Shown here: positions 1-9,497 of the stretch, in pieces
Layout: every line of letters begins with the position of its first letter
Numbering within the stretch: position 1 is the stretch's first letter
Assembly (NCBI GenBank): GCA_041750285.1
Contig: JBGSZS010000002.1
Location: 64,001 to 128,000 of the forward strand
Direction: 5' to 3'
DNA from: Candidatus Fermentibacteraceae bacterium
GTDB taxonomy: Bacteria; Fermentibacterota; Fermentibacteria; Fermentibacterales; JCC-6
Length of the DNA: 64,000 nt
Program-made: the position numbers and the translations under genes
Notes under the pieces: generated by a model
What the model saw: the letters and a program-made list of their open reading frames with translations, nothing else
Database searches by the model: none
Told to the model about the DNA's origin: nothing

Positions 1-1
1 G

Positions 2-346
2 AGGCTTGCCCGGTGCGGAGTGGAGGAAGTGGTCATGCCCATAATGACTCCATTCCCGGCGACGCAGGCCATGTCCGAGCCGGGGCTTCAGGGTTTTGGC
101 GAGATGGATGAACTGTGCTTCTCACCGGTATGGAGGCGTGATTACACCTCGCTCGACCTTTTCAGGCGGGTGACCTACCTGCACTTCTATGCGGCCCGTC
201 TCTTCAGCCATCCCCTTTCATTCCTGGCGATGCTTGTCAGGATTGTCACGGGGAAATGCAGGACCAAGGGAGAGATGACAGCGAGAAGGATGGTTCGGGA
301 CATCCTGGACAGGCTTTCCGCCCTGGGACATCCAGGGGAGGAGTGA
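2..346 (+). CDS. C-terminal fragment of a probable B12-binding radical SAM protein (truncated by window start)
   Basis: Frame is open from base 2 (RLARCGVEEVVMPIMTPFPATQ...). TPFPAT resembles the TPxPGT motif in the C-terminal half of cobalamin-dependent radical SAM enzymes. TGA overlaps the next ATG (TGATG). Confidence 0.55.
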   Translation, partial: RLARCGVEEVVMPIMTPFPATQAMSEPGLQGFGEMDELCFSPVWRRDYTSLDLFRRVTYLHFYAARLFSHPLSFLAMLVRIVTGKCRTKGEMTARRMVRDILDRLSALGHPGEE

Positions 347-1128
347 TGCGCGCACTCTGGCCCGAAGCCCTTCTCGCAGTTCTTTTCCTGGCAGGTGACC
401 TCTTTTTCGCCGGAACCGCCGCAGCTGCGGCAGGAGCGTCTGCAGGTGTGATCGCCTACCTGGCTTCGCTGCTTTCCGGCCGCGGAAAAGCCGTTCTCCT
501 CGTCGAGGGTCTGGTGCTTTCCGTCCTGACACTGACCGCCCATTTCACTTCGTTCCCCGGGGGCGCCTTCACCCTGTCCGAGGTCGTCCTGGGCGCGTTC
601 CTTCTCGTCTCGGGAATCAGGGGCAAACCCGCGCTGGCGGCAATGGCCGGACCTCTTGCACGCGGGATGATGTCGAAAGACGAGGTCTCGGTCCTCACAA
701 TGTCCACCGGTGGTGCATTTCTCTTTCACGGAGTGGCGTCGGTGCTTCTTTGCTCGTCCGGTGACGGGAATCCCCTGATCAGAACTGTTTTGCTTGTTCC
801 CGTGTTTCTTGCTGCCGGCGCCCTTTCGGGGCGAAGGTTGAGGAAGATCAGGAAGCAGGCGCTGCCGGTGCTCGAAGGGTCTGACGACGGGATGGTGCTC
901 ACCGCCGGCGGGGTGAGGATGGGCAAGGTCAGGGTGAGGGGGGAGGGAACGGCTGCCGTCGTGGAAGTGATCGAAATGGAACCGGGCAGCCTGCCTTTTC
1001 TTGAGAAGGCTCTGACACGGCTCGGTCACCGGGCAGTGCTTGTCACGTCCTGGCCCCACGACTCCCTGCTGCTCTCGATCAACGGCTACTCGGCATCAGG
1101 CCCTAACTGGCGCAAAATACTTCGCTGA
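346..1128 (+). CDS. Hypothetical membrane protein (about 6 N-terminal TM segments plus small soluble C-terminal domain)
   Basis: ATG at 346 coupled to the upstream stop with GGAGGAG RBS; strongly hydrophobic N-terminal two thirds. Confidence 0.75.
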   Translation: MRALWPEALLAVLFLAGDLFFAGTAAAAAGASAGVIAYLASLLSGRGKAVLLVEGLVLSVLTLTAHFTSFPGGAFTLSEVVLGAFLLVSGIRGKPALAAMAGPLARGMMSKDEVSVLTMSTGGAFLFHGVASVLLCSSGDGNPLIRTVLLVPVFLAAGALSGRRLRKIRKQALPVLEGSDDGMVLTAGGVRMGKVRVRGEGTAAVVEVIEMEPGSLPFLEKALTRLGHRAVLVTSWPHDSLLLSINGYSASGPNWRKILR

Positions 1129-1186
1129 CAGGCATCAACACGCCTGAAGGGCTTCATGCCGCCCGGCCCGGGGCATTCCCGCCGAG

Positions 1187-1214
1187 TTGACTTCCCGGCG
1201 GCGCCCTGTAATCT
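1187..1214 (+). promoter_or_regulatory. Putative sigma70-type promoter of the vor operon
   Basis: TTGACT (1187-1192), 16-nt spacer, TAATCT (1209-1214), about 65 nt upstream of the ferredoxin start. Confidence 0.5.
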
Positions 1215-1279
1215 TACGTAATCCTATATTCCATAGTGTCTTCTTTCAGCCGATTCCCACAACAAGGGAGGTTCACGAA

Positions 1280-1519
1280 GTGACCAGCTATCCGTGTCCC
1301 GAGATCAACTCAGACGAGTGCAAGGGTTGTGGCCTGTGCGTAGCCGCCTGCCCGAAGAAGGTGCTCGTGATCTCAGAGAAACTCAACTCCAAGGGCTACC
1401 ATTATTGCGCCTACATCGGTGAGGGTTGCATCGGGTGCGGGAATTGTTTCTACAACTGCCCCGAGCCCGGCGCCGTAACCGTTTTTCTCAGGGATTATCA
1501 GCCCCGGAAGGAGGCGTAG
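1280..1519 (+). CDS. vorC: 2x[4Fe-4S] ferredoxin subunit of 2-oxoacid:ferredoxin oxidoreductase
   Basis: GTG start after [18 protein letters not shown] and [12 protein letters not shown] motifs; first gene of the OFOR operon. Confidence 0.9.
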   Translation: MTSYPCPEINSDECKGCGLCVAACPKKVLVISEKLNSKGYHYCAYIGEGCIGCGNCFYNCPEPGAVTVFLRDYQPRKEA

Positions 1520-1520
1520 C

Positions 1521-2573
1521 ATGGCCAGAATGCTCATGAAGGGCAACCATGCGGCCGTTTACGGTGCTGTCATGGCGGGGTGTACCGCGTACTACGGCTA
1601 CCCGATCACACCGGCGAGTGAGATCGCCGAAGCGGCCGCAAGCATACTGCCGAAGCTCAACAGGACCTTTCTTCAGGCCGAGAGTGAAGTCGCGGCCATC
1701 AACATGGTCTACGGCGCCGCTGGAAGCGGATGCAGGGCCATGACCGCCAGTTCCGGGCCCGGCATAAGCCTGAAGATGGAGGGTTTGTCGTACTGCGCAG
1801 GATCGGCCCTTCCGTGTGTGATCGTAGACATTATGAGGGGCGGTCCCGGCCTTGGCAACATAGGTCCGGAACAGAGCGACTACAATCAGGTGGTCAAGGG
1901 GGGCGGTCACGGCAACTACCGGAACCTGGTGCTCGCGCCCAACAGCTGTCAGGAAATGTGTGACTTCACAAAGCTTGCCTTCGAGCTGGCCGACAAATAC
2001 AGGAATCCCGTTTTCGTACTCACAGACGGGGTTATCGGTCAGATGATGGAAGCCGTGGAGATACCGGAACCGGTCGACTCGATCCCGGACAGGTCTTCGT
2101 GGGCAGTTTACGGGACGCCCCTTCACAAGAACCTCATCAATTCCATCTACCTTGACCACGACGACCTTGAGGAGTGGAACAAGACGCTTCTGGCCAAGTA
2201 CGAGTCAGCAAAGGCTGCGGAAGTAAGGTTCGAGGAATACAGGATGGATGACGCGAAGATCGCCGTCATCGGGTACGGATGCGTCAGCAGGGTACTGAGG
2301 AACACGGTCGACGCCGCCCGGGAAAGGGGCATCAGGCTTGGTCTGTTCAGACCGATCTCGCTTTTCCCCTTCCCCGAGAAACAGATCGGAGCGTTTCCCT
2401 CACGCGGCGTGGAAAAAGTGCTCACCGTCGAGCTTTCCACCGGCCAGATGGTGGACGATGTGAACCTGGCCCTCCAGGGCGCAATCAAGAGTGACCTTTA
2501 TTTCCGCCTTGGCGGCAATGTTCCTTCCGCTCTCGAGATCCTCGACAGGATTTCCGAGCTTTACGGGGTGTAG
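1521..2573 (+). CDS. vorB: 2-oxoacid (2-ketoisovalerate-type):ferredoxin oxidoreductase, alpha-type subunit
   Basis: [39 protein letters not shown] and RGGPGLGNI motifs. Confidence 0.93.
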   Translation: MARMLMKGNHAAVYGAVMAGCTAYYGYPITPASEIAEAAASILPKLNRTFLQAESEVAAINMVYGAAGSGCRAMTASSGPGISLKMEGLSYCAGSALPCVIVDIMRGGPGLGNIGPEQSDYNQVVKGGGHGNYRNLVLAPNSCQEMCDFTKLAFELADKYRNPVFVLTDGVIGQMMEAVEIPEPVDSIPDRSSWAVYGTPLHKNLINSIYLDHDDLEEWNKTLLAKYESAKAAEVRFEEYRMDDAKIAVIGYGCVSRVLRNTVDAARERGIRLGLFRPISLFPFPEKQIGAFPSRGVEKVLTVELSTGQMVDDVNLALQGAIKSDLYFRLGGNVPSALEILDRISELYGV

Positions 2574-2575
2574 CC

Positions 2576-4015
2576 ATGGAAAAGAAAACAGTTCTCAGAA
2601 AGCCCAAGGGGTTCCTCGATGTTTACAAGTACAAACCCGGCGCCGAGAAGGACAGAACCCACTACTGTCCCGGCTGCGGCCACGGCATACTTCACAAGCT
2701 CATCGCGGAGGCCCTGGAAGACCTTGAGATAATAGACAGCACCATTCTCATAAGCCCTGTGGGCTGCAGCGTCTTCGCCTACTACTACTTCGACGGCGGC
2801 CACTTTCAGGTTGCCCACGGAAGGGCTCCCGCCGTCGCCACAGCAGTCAACCGGGCCAATCCCGACAAGGTTGTCATCAGTTATCAGGGCGACGGCGACC
2901 TGGCGGCGATAGGCGGGAACAACATCCTTCAGGCGGCCAACCGTGGAGAGAACATCGCGGTGTTCTTCGTGAACAACGCCATCTACGGAATGACAGGCGG
3001 TCAGATGGCCCCAACCACACTTGAGGGCCAGAAGACAACAACCACGCCTTACGGGAGGAACCTTGGCTCCGATGGCTATCCCATCCGCATGGCTGAGATA
3101 GTCGCCCAGCTCAACGCGCCCGTTTTCGTCACGAGGGTCTCGCTGCACAACCCGGCCAATATCAGGAAGACCCGTGCCGCCGTTCGCCAGGCTCTACAGA
3201 ATGCCAAGGAGCACAAGGGTTTCCAGTTCGTTGAAGTCCTGTCCACCTGTCCGAGCGGTTGGAAGCAGGAGCCGGTGGATGCCATGAAGTGGGTCGAGGA
3301 GCACATGATCCCAATCTTCCCGCTTGGGGTCCTGAAAGACGGCAGCGCCGAGGCAAGGGTTGTCACGAGACCCGAACCCATCGTCGATCCGGCCGTTGTT
3401 GTCGAGAAACTCGGTCTTGACAAGGGTTCTTCCGTCAGTTTCGACAGGGGTGATATTGCGCCGGAGTACTCTAGAATGGCGATCAGGATCGCCGGTTTCG
3501 GTGGTCAGGGCATAATGTCGACCGGCCAGATCCTCGCCCAGGTCGCCATGGAGTATGGATACAACGTGTCATGGCTTCCGAGTTACGGCCCCGAAATGCG
3601 CGGCGGCACGGCAAACTGCTCTGTGAACATCCAGGATGAAACCATTGGCGGAGCCGAAGCAGTGAACCCGAACATGGTGATTGCCATGAACAGACCCAGC
3701 ATGGAGAAGTTCGAAAAGGCCCTGAAGCCGGGTGGTTCACTTGTCTACAACAGCACACTGATCGATGTCAAACCCACCCGCTCCGATATAAGGGTCTTTG
3801 CGGTGCCAGTCACCGGACTTGCGGACGAACTGGGTGACACAAGGGTTCAGAGCATGGTTGGTGTGGGAGCCTACGCAGCCATTACGGGCATGTTCAAACC
3901 CGCGGACATAGTGGGGTTGCTTCCACAGGTGTTCAAGGGCAGGAAGCAGGCGATAATCGACCTGAACGCCAGGGCAGTTCGGGCCGGATACGACTTTGTG
4001 AAGAACAACTTCTGA
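2576..4015 (+). CDS. vorA: 2-oxoacid:ferredoxin oxidoreductase, fused beta (TPP-binding) and gamma subunit
   Basis: YCPGCGHG, GDGDLAAIG and NNAIYGMTGGQ (beta), then IAGFGGQG and PSYGPEMRGGTANC (gamma). Confidence 0.92.
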   Translation: MEKKTVLRKPKGFLDVYKYKPGAEKDRTHYCPGCGHGILHKLIAEALEDLEIIDSTILISPVGCSVFAYYYFDGGHFQVAHGRAPAVATAVNRANPDKVVISYQGDGDLAAIGGNNILQAANRGENIAVFFVNNAIYGMTGGQMAPTTLEGQKTTTTPYGRNLGSDGYPIRMAEIVAQLNAPVFVTRVSLHNPANIRKTRAAVRQALQNAKEHKGFQFVEVLSTCPSGWKQEPVDAMKWVEEHMIPIFPLGVLKDGSAEARVVTRPEPIVDPAVVVEKLGLDKGSSVSFDRGDIAPEYSRMAIRIAGFGGQGIMSTGQILAQVAMEYGYNVSWLPSYGPEMRGGTANCSVNIQDETIGGAEAVNPNMVIAMNRPSMEKFEKALKPGGSLVYNSTLIDVKPTRSDIRVFAVPVTGLADELGDTRVQSMVGVGAYAAITGMFKPADIVGLLPQVFKGRKQAIIDLNARAVRAGYDFVKNNF

Positions 4016-4023
4016 GGAGGAAC

Positions 4024-4054
4024 CCGCCCGGGGACGGCCGAGGTTCCCGGGCGG
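4024..4054 (+). terminator. GC-rich hairpin after the vor operon (no U-tract; terminator or mRNA-stabilising stem)
   Basis: CCGCCCGGGGAC, 7-nt loop, GTTCCCGGGCGG: 12-bp stem with one G-U pair, 8 nt after the stop. Confidence 0.55.
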
Positions 4055-4136
4055 ACCCCGGAAGGATGCATTACGATGTCTGCCGCACGCTCGTACCGTG
4101 CGGGAGTTGCTGTTTCCACGAATAAGGGAGTCCGTG

Positions 4137-5213
4137 ATGAGTAACAAAGTGTTTCCGCTTTTGGTCGCCGTTCTTCCCTTTGCTGTGTTCGGCTTCGGAT
4201 ACCCCGCATCTTTTGGCATTGGAACCAGCCTTGTGGGTCTTGATGCCGTAACGGCTTCCACGGGCGGCGTATCCTCGATCGACGTCGGGGGCTCGTCACT
4301 GATGCTGAACCCGTCGGGACTGGGTCTTCTCAGGACTGCCCGGGTTCAGGCCGGGGTTGGTCCCATGCTCACCAAGGAATCGGTGGAAACCCCATACGGG
4401 ATATTCAACATCTCTGACATCGCCCTGGGCTCGGTTGGGCTCACGGCGGCATTCCCTCTTTCCGACGGCCTTGGAGCGGGTCTGGGGATTGTCAGGCGTT
4501 CGGATTTCTCGTACACCGGGGAATTTTACGACACCATTATCGAAGGCACTGACACGGTTATCGTCTTCGAACAGCAGAACAACAGCGGCAGTGTCTGGGA
4601 CGCGTCTGCCGGCCTGGGTACGCGTCTTGTGAATGGCCTCTATGCCGGCGCTGCGATCGGCTACCTTTTCGGAAGTGGAACACAGGACTACTTCCACGAC
4701 ACTTCCATCGACACGGCCTATTCCATCGTTGAAACCTGGGATGAAAGCGCCCTGGTCTACAGGGCGGGACTTACGGCAGCGATCGAAAGGGTAAGGCTTG
4801 GAGCGGCTTACTCCAGCGGAATGGACAAATACCCCGCAAGGGCATCCCTCGGTGCCGTCCTTGGCGACATGTCTGTCTGGGAGCCCGCAATCGGGGTTGA
4901 CGCAGAGATCCTTTTCCCCGGTGATTCGACAAGATTCGCTGCCAGGATTTTCGGGGGAACCCTGCTTTCGGGGAACGAGCTCTACGGAAGGGCTTCGCTT
5001 TTCCTGTTCAGTTCACAGGGGTCCGACGCAAGGGAGGGAACCGGCCTTTCCATAGGAGCCAGCCTGAAGGTTGCGGCCCGTCTTGATCTCGACGCCGCAT
5101 TTTCATGGACTTCCGAGAAACGGACCGGTGACGCGTTCGGCGGCTACTACGAACAGGCATCGGTTACCGACACAAATTCAGGCATAACCTTCGGGATGAC
5201 CTGGAAGCCATAG
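4137..5213 (+). CDS. Outer-membrane beta-barrel, FadL/PorV-like
   Basis: Signal peptide; A-x-x-x-S-x-GG...NPSGLG plug motif; alternating amphipathic strands; aromatic residue near the C-terminus. Confidence 0.75.
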   Translation: MSNKVFPLLVAVLPFAVFGFGYPASFGIGTSLVGLDAVTASTGGVSSIDVGGSSLMLNPSGLGLLRTARVQAGVGPMLTKESVETPYGIFNISDIALGSVGLTAAFPLSDGLGAGLGIVRRSDFSYTGEFYDTIIEGTDTVIVFEQQNNSGSVWDASAGLGTRLVNGLYAGAAIGYLFGSGTQDYFHDTSIDTAYSIVETWDESALVYRAGLTAAIERVRLGAAYSSGMDKYPARASLGAVLGDMSVWEPAIGVDAEILFPGDSTRFAARIFGGTLLSGNELYGRASLFLFSSQGSDAREGTGLSIGASLKVAARLDLDAAFSWTSEKRTGDAFGGYYEQASVTDTNSGITFGMTWKP

Positions 5214-5224
5214 GACGGACAAGC

Positions 5225-6292
5225 ATGAGACCCTATCCCCTTCTACTCGCTGCACTCTTCCTTTCGGGCGTTGTTTTCGGATTCGGATACAACGATTCCT
5301 TCACGAACGGAACCCCAATTCCCGGAATAACCGCACGAACGGCATCCATCGGAGGGATTATGTCGCAGCCCACTATGACCCCGGCCGGGCTCTTCATGAA
5401 TCCCGCCGAACTCGGGCTTCTCCAGGGCCTTACGATCAGCCTCGACAGCGGCATGCTCAGGTGGACCGAGACAGTGTTCGACATGCTTGGAGCCAACAGG
5501 GGAGGGCAGATCCTTGGTACGGCCACCGGAGCTTTGGCCTTGCGGACCGGACCGCTGGTGATCGGCGCAGGAGCAGCCAAAGTCGCCGATTTCGATTACG
5601 CAGGAACTCACAACACCTACAACCCCTATTCCGGAAACCTCGATTCCGTGGAAGTTGCATACGTTTCAGGAAGCCAGTGGGAGTACCTTTCAGGGGCATC
5701 GCTGATGCTGTTCCGTGGCGTATTCGGAGGCTTCTCGGCCGGCGTGAGGACCATAAGCGCCGACTACGACTACTTCCTCAGCGACAAGACTTTCGGCGGC
5801 ACGGATTCGACAGCCCAGTGGATCCTGTCGGGCAACGAGTTCTGCTGGCATGCCGGTCTGGTGACCGTATCCGACCTTGCATCTGCAGGAGTATCCTACT
5901 CCTCCGGTTCCGAACACCATTACTCCTCCCTTGCATTCGGAGGGAGCATCGTTTCACCCCACATAAACAACACCCGTACGGGGTTTGAGGCGGAGATAGT
6001 CCGTCCATTCTTCAGAAATGACTTCACAGGAAAGCTTTTTATCGAGTCACCCCTCACCTCGCAGTTTGACATCCGCACCGCCGTCACTTTCAACGAGAGC
6101 TACCAGTCCAGCAGAACCAGCCTTGGGTTCAGCCTTGGTGGCGGCTATCAGTTCGGTGATGACCTTGAAGTTTCGGTGGGTTGCCTTCTGAGCTCACGAA
6201 GCAGAAGCGGAGGCGCCTTTGCAGGCGAAGACGCAGACAAGATCGAGGACTCAACCATTTCCCTTGTGGCGGGGGCCGTATACGGGTTCTGA
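5225..6292 (+). CDS. Outer-membrane beta-barrel, FadL/PorV-like (tandem paralogue)
   Basis: Signal peptide ending VFG|FGY as in the upstream gene; ARTASIGG...NPAELG motif; C-terminal Phe. Confidence 0.75.
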   Translation: MRPYPLLLAALFLSGVVFGFGYNDSFTNGTPIPGITARTASIGGIMSQPTMTPAGLFMNPAELGLLQGLTISLDSGMLRWTETVFDMLGANRGGQILGTATGALALRTGPLVIGAGAAKVADFDYAGTHNTYNPYSGNLDSVEVAYVSGSQWEYLSGASLMLFRGVFGGFSAGVRTISADYDYFLSDKTFGGTDSTAQWILSGNEFCWHAGLVTVSDLASAGVSYSSGSEHHYSSLAFGGSIVSPHINNTRTGFEAEIVRPFFRNDFTGKLFIESPLTSQFDIRTAVTFNESYQSSRTSLGFSLGGGYQFGDDLEVSVGCLLSSRSRSGGAFAGEDADKIEDSTISLVAGAVYGF

Positions 6293-6373
6293 AAAACGTC
6301 AGCGGATGGCACTTCTTGATGAGAGGGCGCCGGGACCCGGCCGGCCCCTGTGTTGACGCAGGGAGCTGAATCA

Positions 6374-9300
6374 ATGCAGAACGGAGCCAGCGGGTGGGTC
6401 AGACTCGCCTGTAACAGGCTCACTGGCTCACTGAGCGTAAGCGGTGATTGTCTGGGCATTCTCGGCATACCGGCCGAGACACTGTTTTCCGCCACCGACG
6501 CGAGGCCGTTGCTGCCTTCCGTGGTCAGGCGTGCCCTGGAGGATCCGTCCGTGCCGTTCCGCGAGGACAGGCAGGCCGGTATTTTCGTAACCACGACAGA
6601 GACGGCATCGGAAGTCGTGATGGTCGTGGCCGGGATCAGGGAGGAGACCGATTCGGTCTATCCCGATCTTCCCGCGGGAGTCATCTCCCTCGACCATTCA
6701 GGAATCCTGACCCACTGCAATCGCGAAATGGGGGAGATGTTCGGTATTGATGCCCCCGGCAGCGTTGGGTCCGAGGTTTCCAGGGTTCTCCCGCAGCCCG
6801 TGCTTTACAGCTGGAGCAGCGTTATCAAATCCGTGATGATGGGCCATCAGGTGAAGGTGGAGTTCCTTCCGGTAGCGGGCCGCAAGAATTCCGGCATGCT
6901 TGTCAGGGGCGGAGCCGGCATCGTCGGCCTTTTCCATGACATCACCGAAGCCATCGAGACCGAGAAGAGGCTGAGAGCCGTCCAGAAGATGAACCAGGCC
7001 ATTTTCAGCGCCAGTGAGGCCGGTATTCTGATGTTCGACGCCAAGGGCAGGATCCTTCTGGCGAACCGGGCAATGGCCAGGATTACCGGCATGAGCAACA
7101 GCCTTGTCGGAATGCATGTGGTGGAAGTCTTTCCAGATGAGTGCCTCAAATGGGTGGACAGGTCCTCGAAGAAGCTTCTGGCCCGACCCGGCAAGGGTGC
7201 CACGAGCGGTGATATGGAGTGGGTCGGCTCATCCGGTGAAACCCGGGTTGTTAGGCTGTCCCTGCAGTCCATCACCGATGATTCGGGCGTTGTCACCCAT
7301 GTGATGGGTTATGTTGATGACATTACCGACCAGGTCCAGGGCATGAAAAGGCTTGAAACCCTTGGTCGCAGCCTCGAATACATGGGCAGGCTCACCACCC
7401 TGCTGCCGGGAGCAGGCCGGCAGGACTCCGGAAGTGCGGGGCTCATAAGGGAGATACTGGAAGCAGATGCGCTTGCGGTATACATCAACGATCCCTTTTC
7501 AGGCCTCACGCTCTCCGATGGTGACGGCGCATGGCCGGACGGGCTTCCTCCAGGGGACTATTCAGATCTGAGGCTGTCACCCTTCTCCGGATATGAGGAG
7601 GGCTTCCGGATGCTCACCGGCGACAGGCTCGGTCTTTTGAAAGGCATTTTCTCAAGGGGGCTCGTTTATACCCTGGGCGGGGCGGAAAACCCCATGGGTT
7701 ACATCGTGGCCGCATACAGGACCGATCAGGTCGCCATGCACAGGGAGGCTTCGGTTGGCGAACTTGCGGCAGCCCTCCTCACATCGGGCCTTCTTCTGAA
7801 CCGGGAGCACAGCGAGAGTGAGAAACTCGCATACCTGCTCAGGGGAAGGGACCGTTTTCTTGAGGACCTTTTTCTGAAGATCCCCATTCCAGCCTTCCTT
7901 TTCAGTGAATCCGGAGAGATCCTTCTCTGGAACGACGACATGACCCTCATGGCCGGCGAGGACGTCATGTCCCAGACCCTTCAGAGACAGCAGCGCAGTC
8001 TTGACCGGATGCTGTCCGACGCCGGAAGCATGACGGATGTGCTGCGGCGATTCTCCAGGGGAGAGCCGATCATCCAGCATTCATTCACGCCCGTCAGCGG
8101 GGAGCCTAAGGCGGGGCAGGTCCTTCAGGTGAGAAAGGTGAGATCCTTTGGATGGGGAACCGACGAGTCGTGCTTCCTTGCCGCTGTTCTGTCACAGGAT
8201 GTTTCCCGGCCGGAATCCTGCGCTTCCTCGAAGCTTCTTGGCAGCCTGATAGATGTTTACGAGGGCAGCGAGCCGGAGAAAGTCATGCGAAGGGCGGCTC
8301 TCGGGGCCATGAAACTGTCGGGTGCAGAGGCCGTAAGGCTCACCGTCGACAGGGTGGGGCAGGTTCAGATCCCCCAGGACGGCTGGAACACCGATGCCGC
8401 ATGGGAGTCCGAGGTTACTCTCGAGGGTGACAGGCTTGTCTTTCAGTTCATTGGAGGCGGCAAGACATCCCATATCGATGCTCTTGGTAAAACACTTCTA
8501 AGAATTCTGGGCCGGATGAACTCCGTCCTGTCCCCTTCTTCTCTTGAGAAGATCACCGGCGTTCCCGGCGGTCTGCTGATGGTGACCGACCCGCACGGGA
8601 AAGTGCTGTTTTCCAACTGGCCCAGGATAGTGCTTGGGGACAGGGGCTTCGCAACCATCGACGGACTTCTCGGGGAAACGCCTCCCTGGGATGTCCTTGC
8701 CTCGTTGCACGCGACCGGGAAGTGCGTGTGGCATCATCCCGGTGAAGGCCCCGTACGTGGGGTCGCCCTTTCGGGTGATCCTTTGTCAAGGACGCTCTGG
8801 TACCCTGCCGGCGACGGTGAAGACACCGATCCGGGTGAGGACAAGGCCCGTCTTTCCCTTGTCCTTGTCGAGTTTCTGCTCTCCTACGCGCGCAGGGCCC
8901 GTTCTTCAATGGAAGCCATGAAGGAGATGCTCGAGGGCAGGGATTCCCTGGGCAAGCTTTCCAGTACGCTCATTCTCGACCACGGATCGGCTCAGGACGT
9001 TCTTGAGGTCCTTCGGATAACGATAGGCGCCGCCTCGGCAAAAGCCAGACCCATCACCGTGGAGGAATGCCTTCATGTAGCATCGGGTTTCCTCAGAAGT
9101 TCGGGGGTAAGGGTGCCCGACATGACACTTCCCGATCAGCTTCCCCGTGTGGTAGTCGACCCGGAATGGACAGGCAGGGTGATGGCGAGACTGCTTCGCA
9201 TGGCCGGTAACAGCAGCAGAGGCATGGCGCTTCGTACCGATGACCGGTGGGTTACCATGGAACTGCCTGTTTCCCTTGAATCGGAAGACATTCCCGGGCA

Positions 9301-9448
9301 GGACGAAACCGTCAAATGCCTTATGGAGAGCTTCATCGACCAGAGGGCCGAGACCGGGATCCTTGCCGCCCTTCTTGAGAGACATGGCTGCAAACTGGAC
9401 CTTGATGCCTCCCATGCCCTCCGACTGCGCTTTCCTGTCGTGGAGTAG
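6374..9448 (+). CDS. Large multi-PAS sensor protein with a degenerate histidine-kinase-like C-terminus
   Basis: PAS signatures (LPAGVISLDHSGILTHCN, SEAGILMFDAKGRILLANRAM, IPIPAFLFSESGEILLWN) and GAF-like segments; C-terminal LPRVVVDPEWTGRVMARLL...HGCKL resembles a HATPase_c fold without its conserved boxes. Confidence 0.7.
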   Translation: MQNGASGWVRLACNRLTGSLSVSGDCLGILGIPAETLFSATDARPLLPSVVRRALEDPSVPFREDRQAGIFVTTTETASEVVMVVAGIREETDSVYPDLPAGVISLDHSGILTHCNREMGEMFGIDAPGSVGSEVSRVLPQPVLYSWSSVIKSVMMGHQVKVEFLPVAGRKNSGMLVRGGAGIVGLFHDITEAIETEKRLRAVQKMNQAIFSASEAGILMFDAKGRILLANRAMARITGMSNSLVGMHVVEVFPDECLKWVDRSSKKLLARPGKGATSGDMEWVGSSGETRVVRLSLQSITDDSGVVTHVMGYVDDITDQVQGMKRLETLGRSLEYMGRLTTLLPGAGRQDSGSAGLIREILEADALAVYINDPFSGLTLSDGDGAWPDGLPPGDYSDLRLSPFSGYEEGFRMLTGDRLGLLKGIFSRGLVYTLGGAENPMGYIVAAYRTDQVAMHREASVGELAAALLTSGLLLNREHSESEKLAYLLRGRDRFLEDLFLKIPIPAFLFSESGEILLWNDDMTLMAGEDVMSQTLQRQQRSLDRMLSDAGSMTDVLRRFSRGEPIIQHSFTPVSGEPKAGQVLQVRKVRSFGWGTDESCFLAAVLSQDVSRPESCASSKLLGSLIDVYEGSEPEKVMRRAALGAMKLSGAEAVRLTVDRVGQVQIPQDGWNTDAAWESEVTLEGDRLVFQFIGGGKTSHIDALGKTLLRILGRMNSVLSPSSLEKITGVPGGLLMVTDPHGKVLFSNWPRIVLGDRGFATIDGLLGETPPWDVLASLHATGKCVWHHPGEGPVRGVALSGDPLSRTLWYPAGDGEDTDPGEDKARLSLVLVEFLLSYARRARSSMEAMKEMLEGRDSLGKLSSTLILDHGSAQDVLEVLRITIGAASAKARPITVEECLHVASGFLRSSGVRVPDMTLPDQLPRVVVDPEWTGRVMARLLRMAGNSSRGMALRTDDRWVTMELPVSLESEDIPGQDETVKCLMESFIDQRAETGILAALLERHGCKLDLDASHALRLRFPVVE

Positions 9449-9497
9449 CGCTTCAGCTGTATATTAGCACCCCACTGGTTGAGAATGGAGGAACCGT

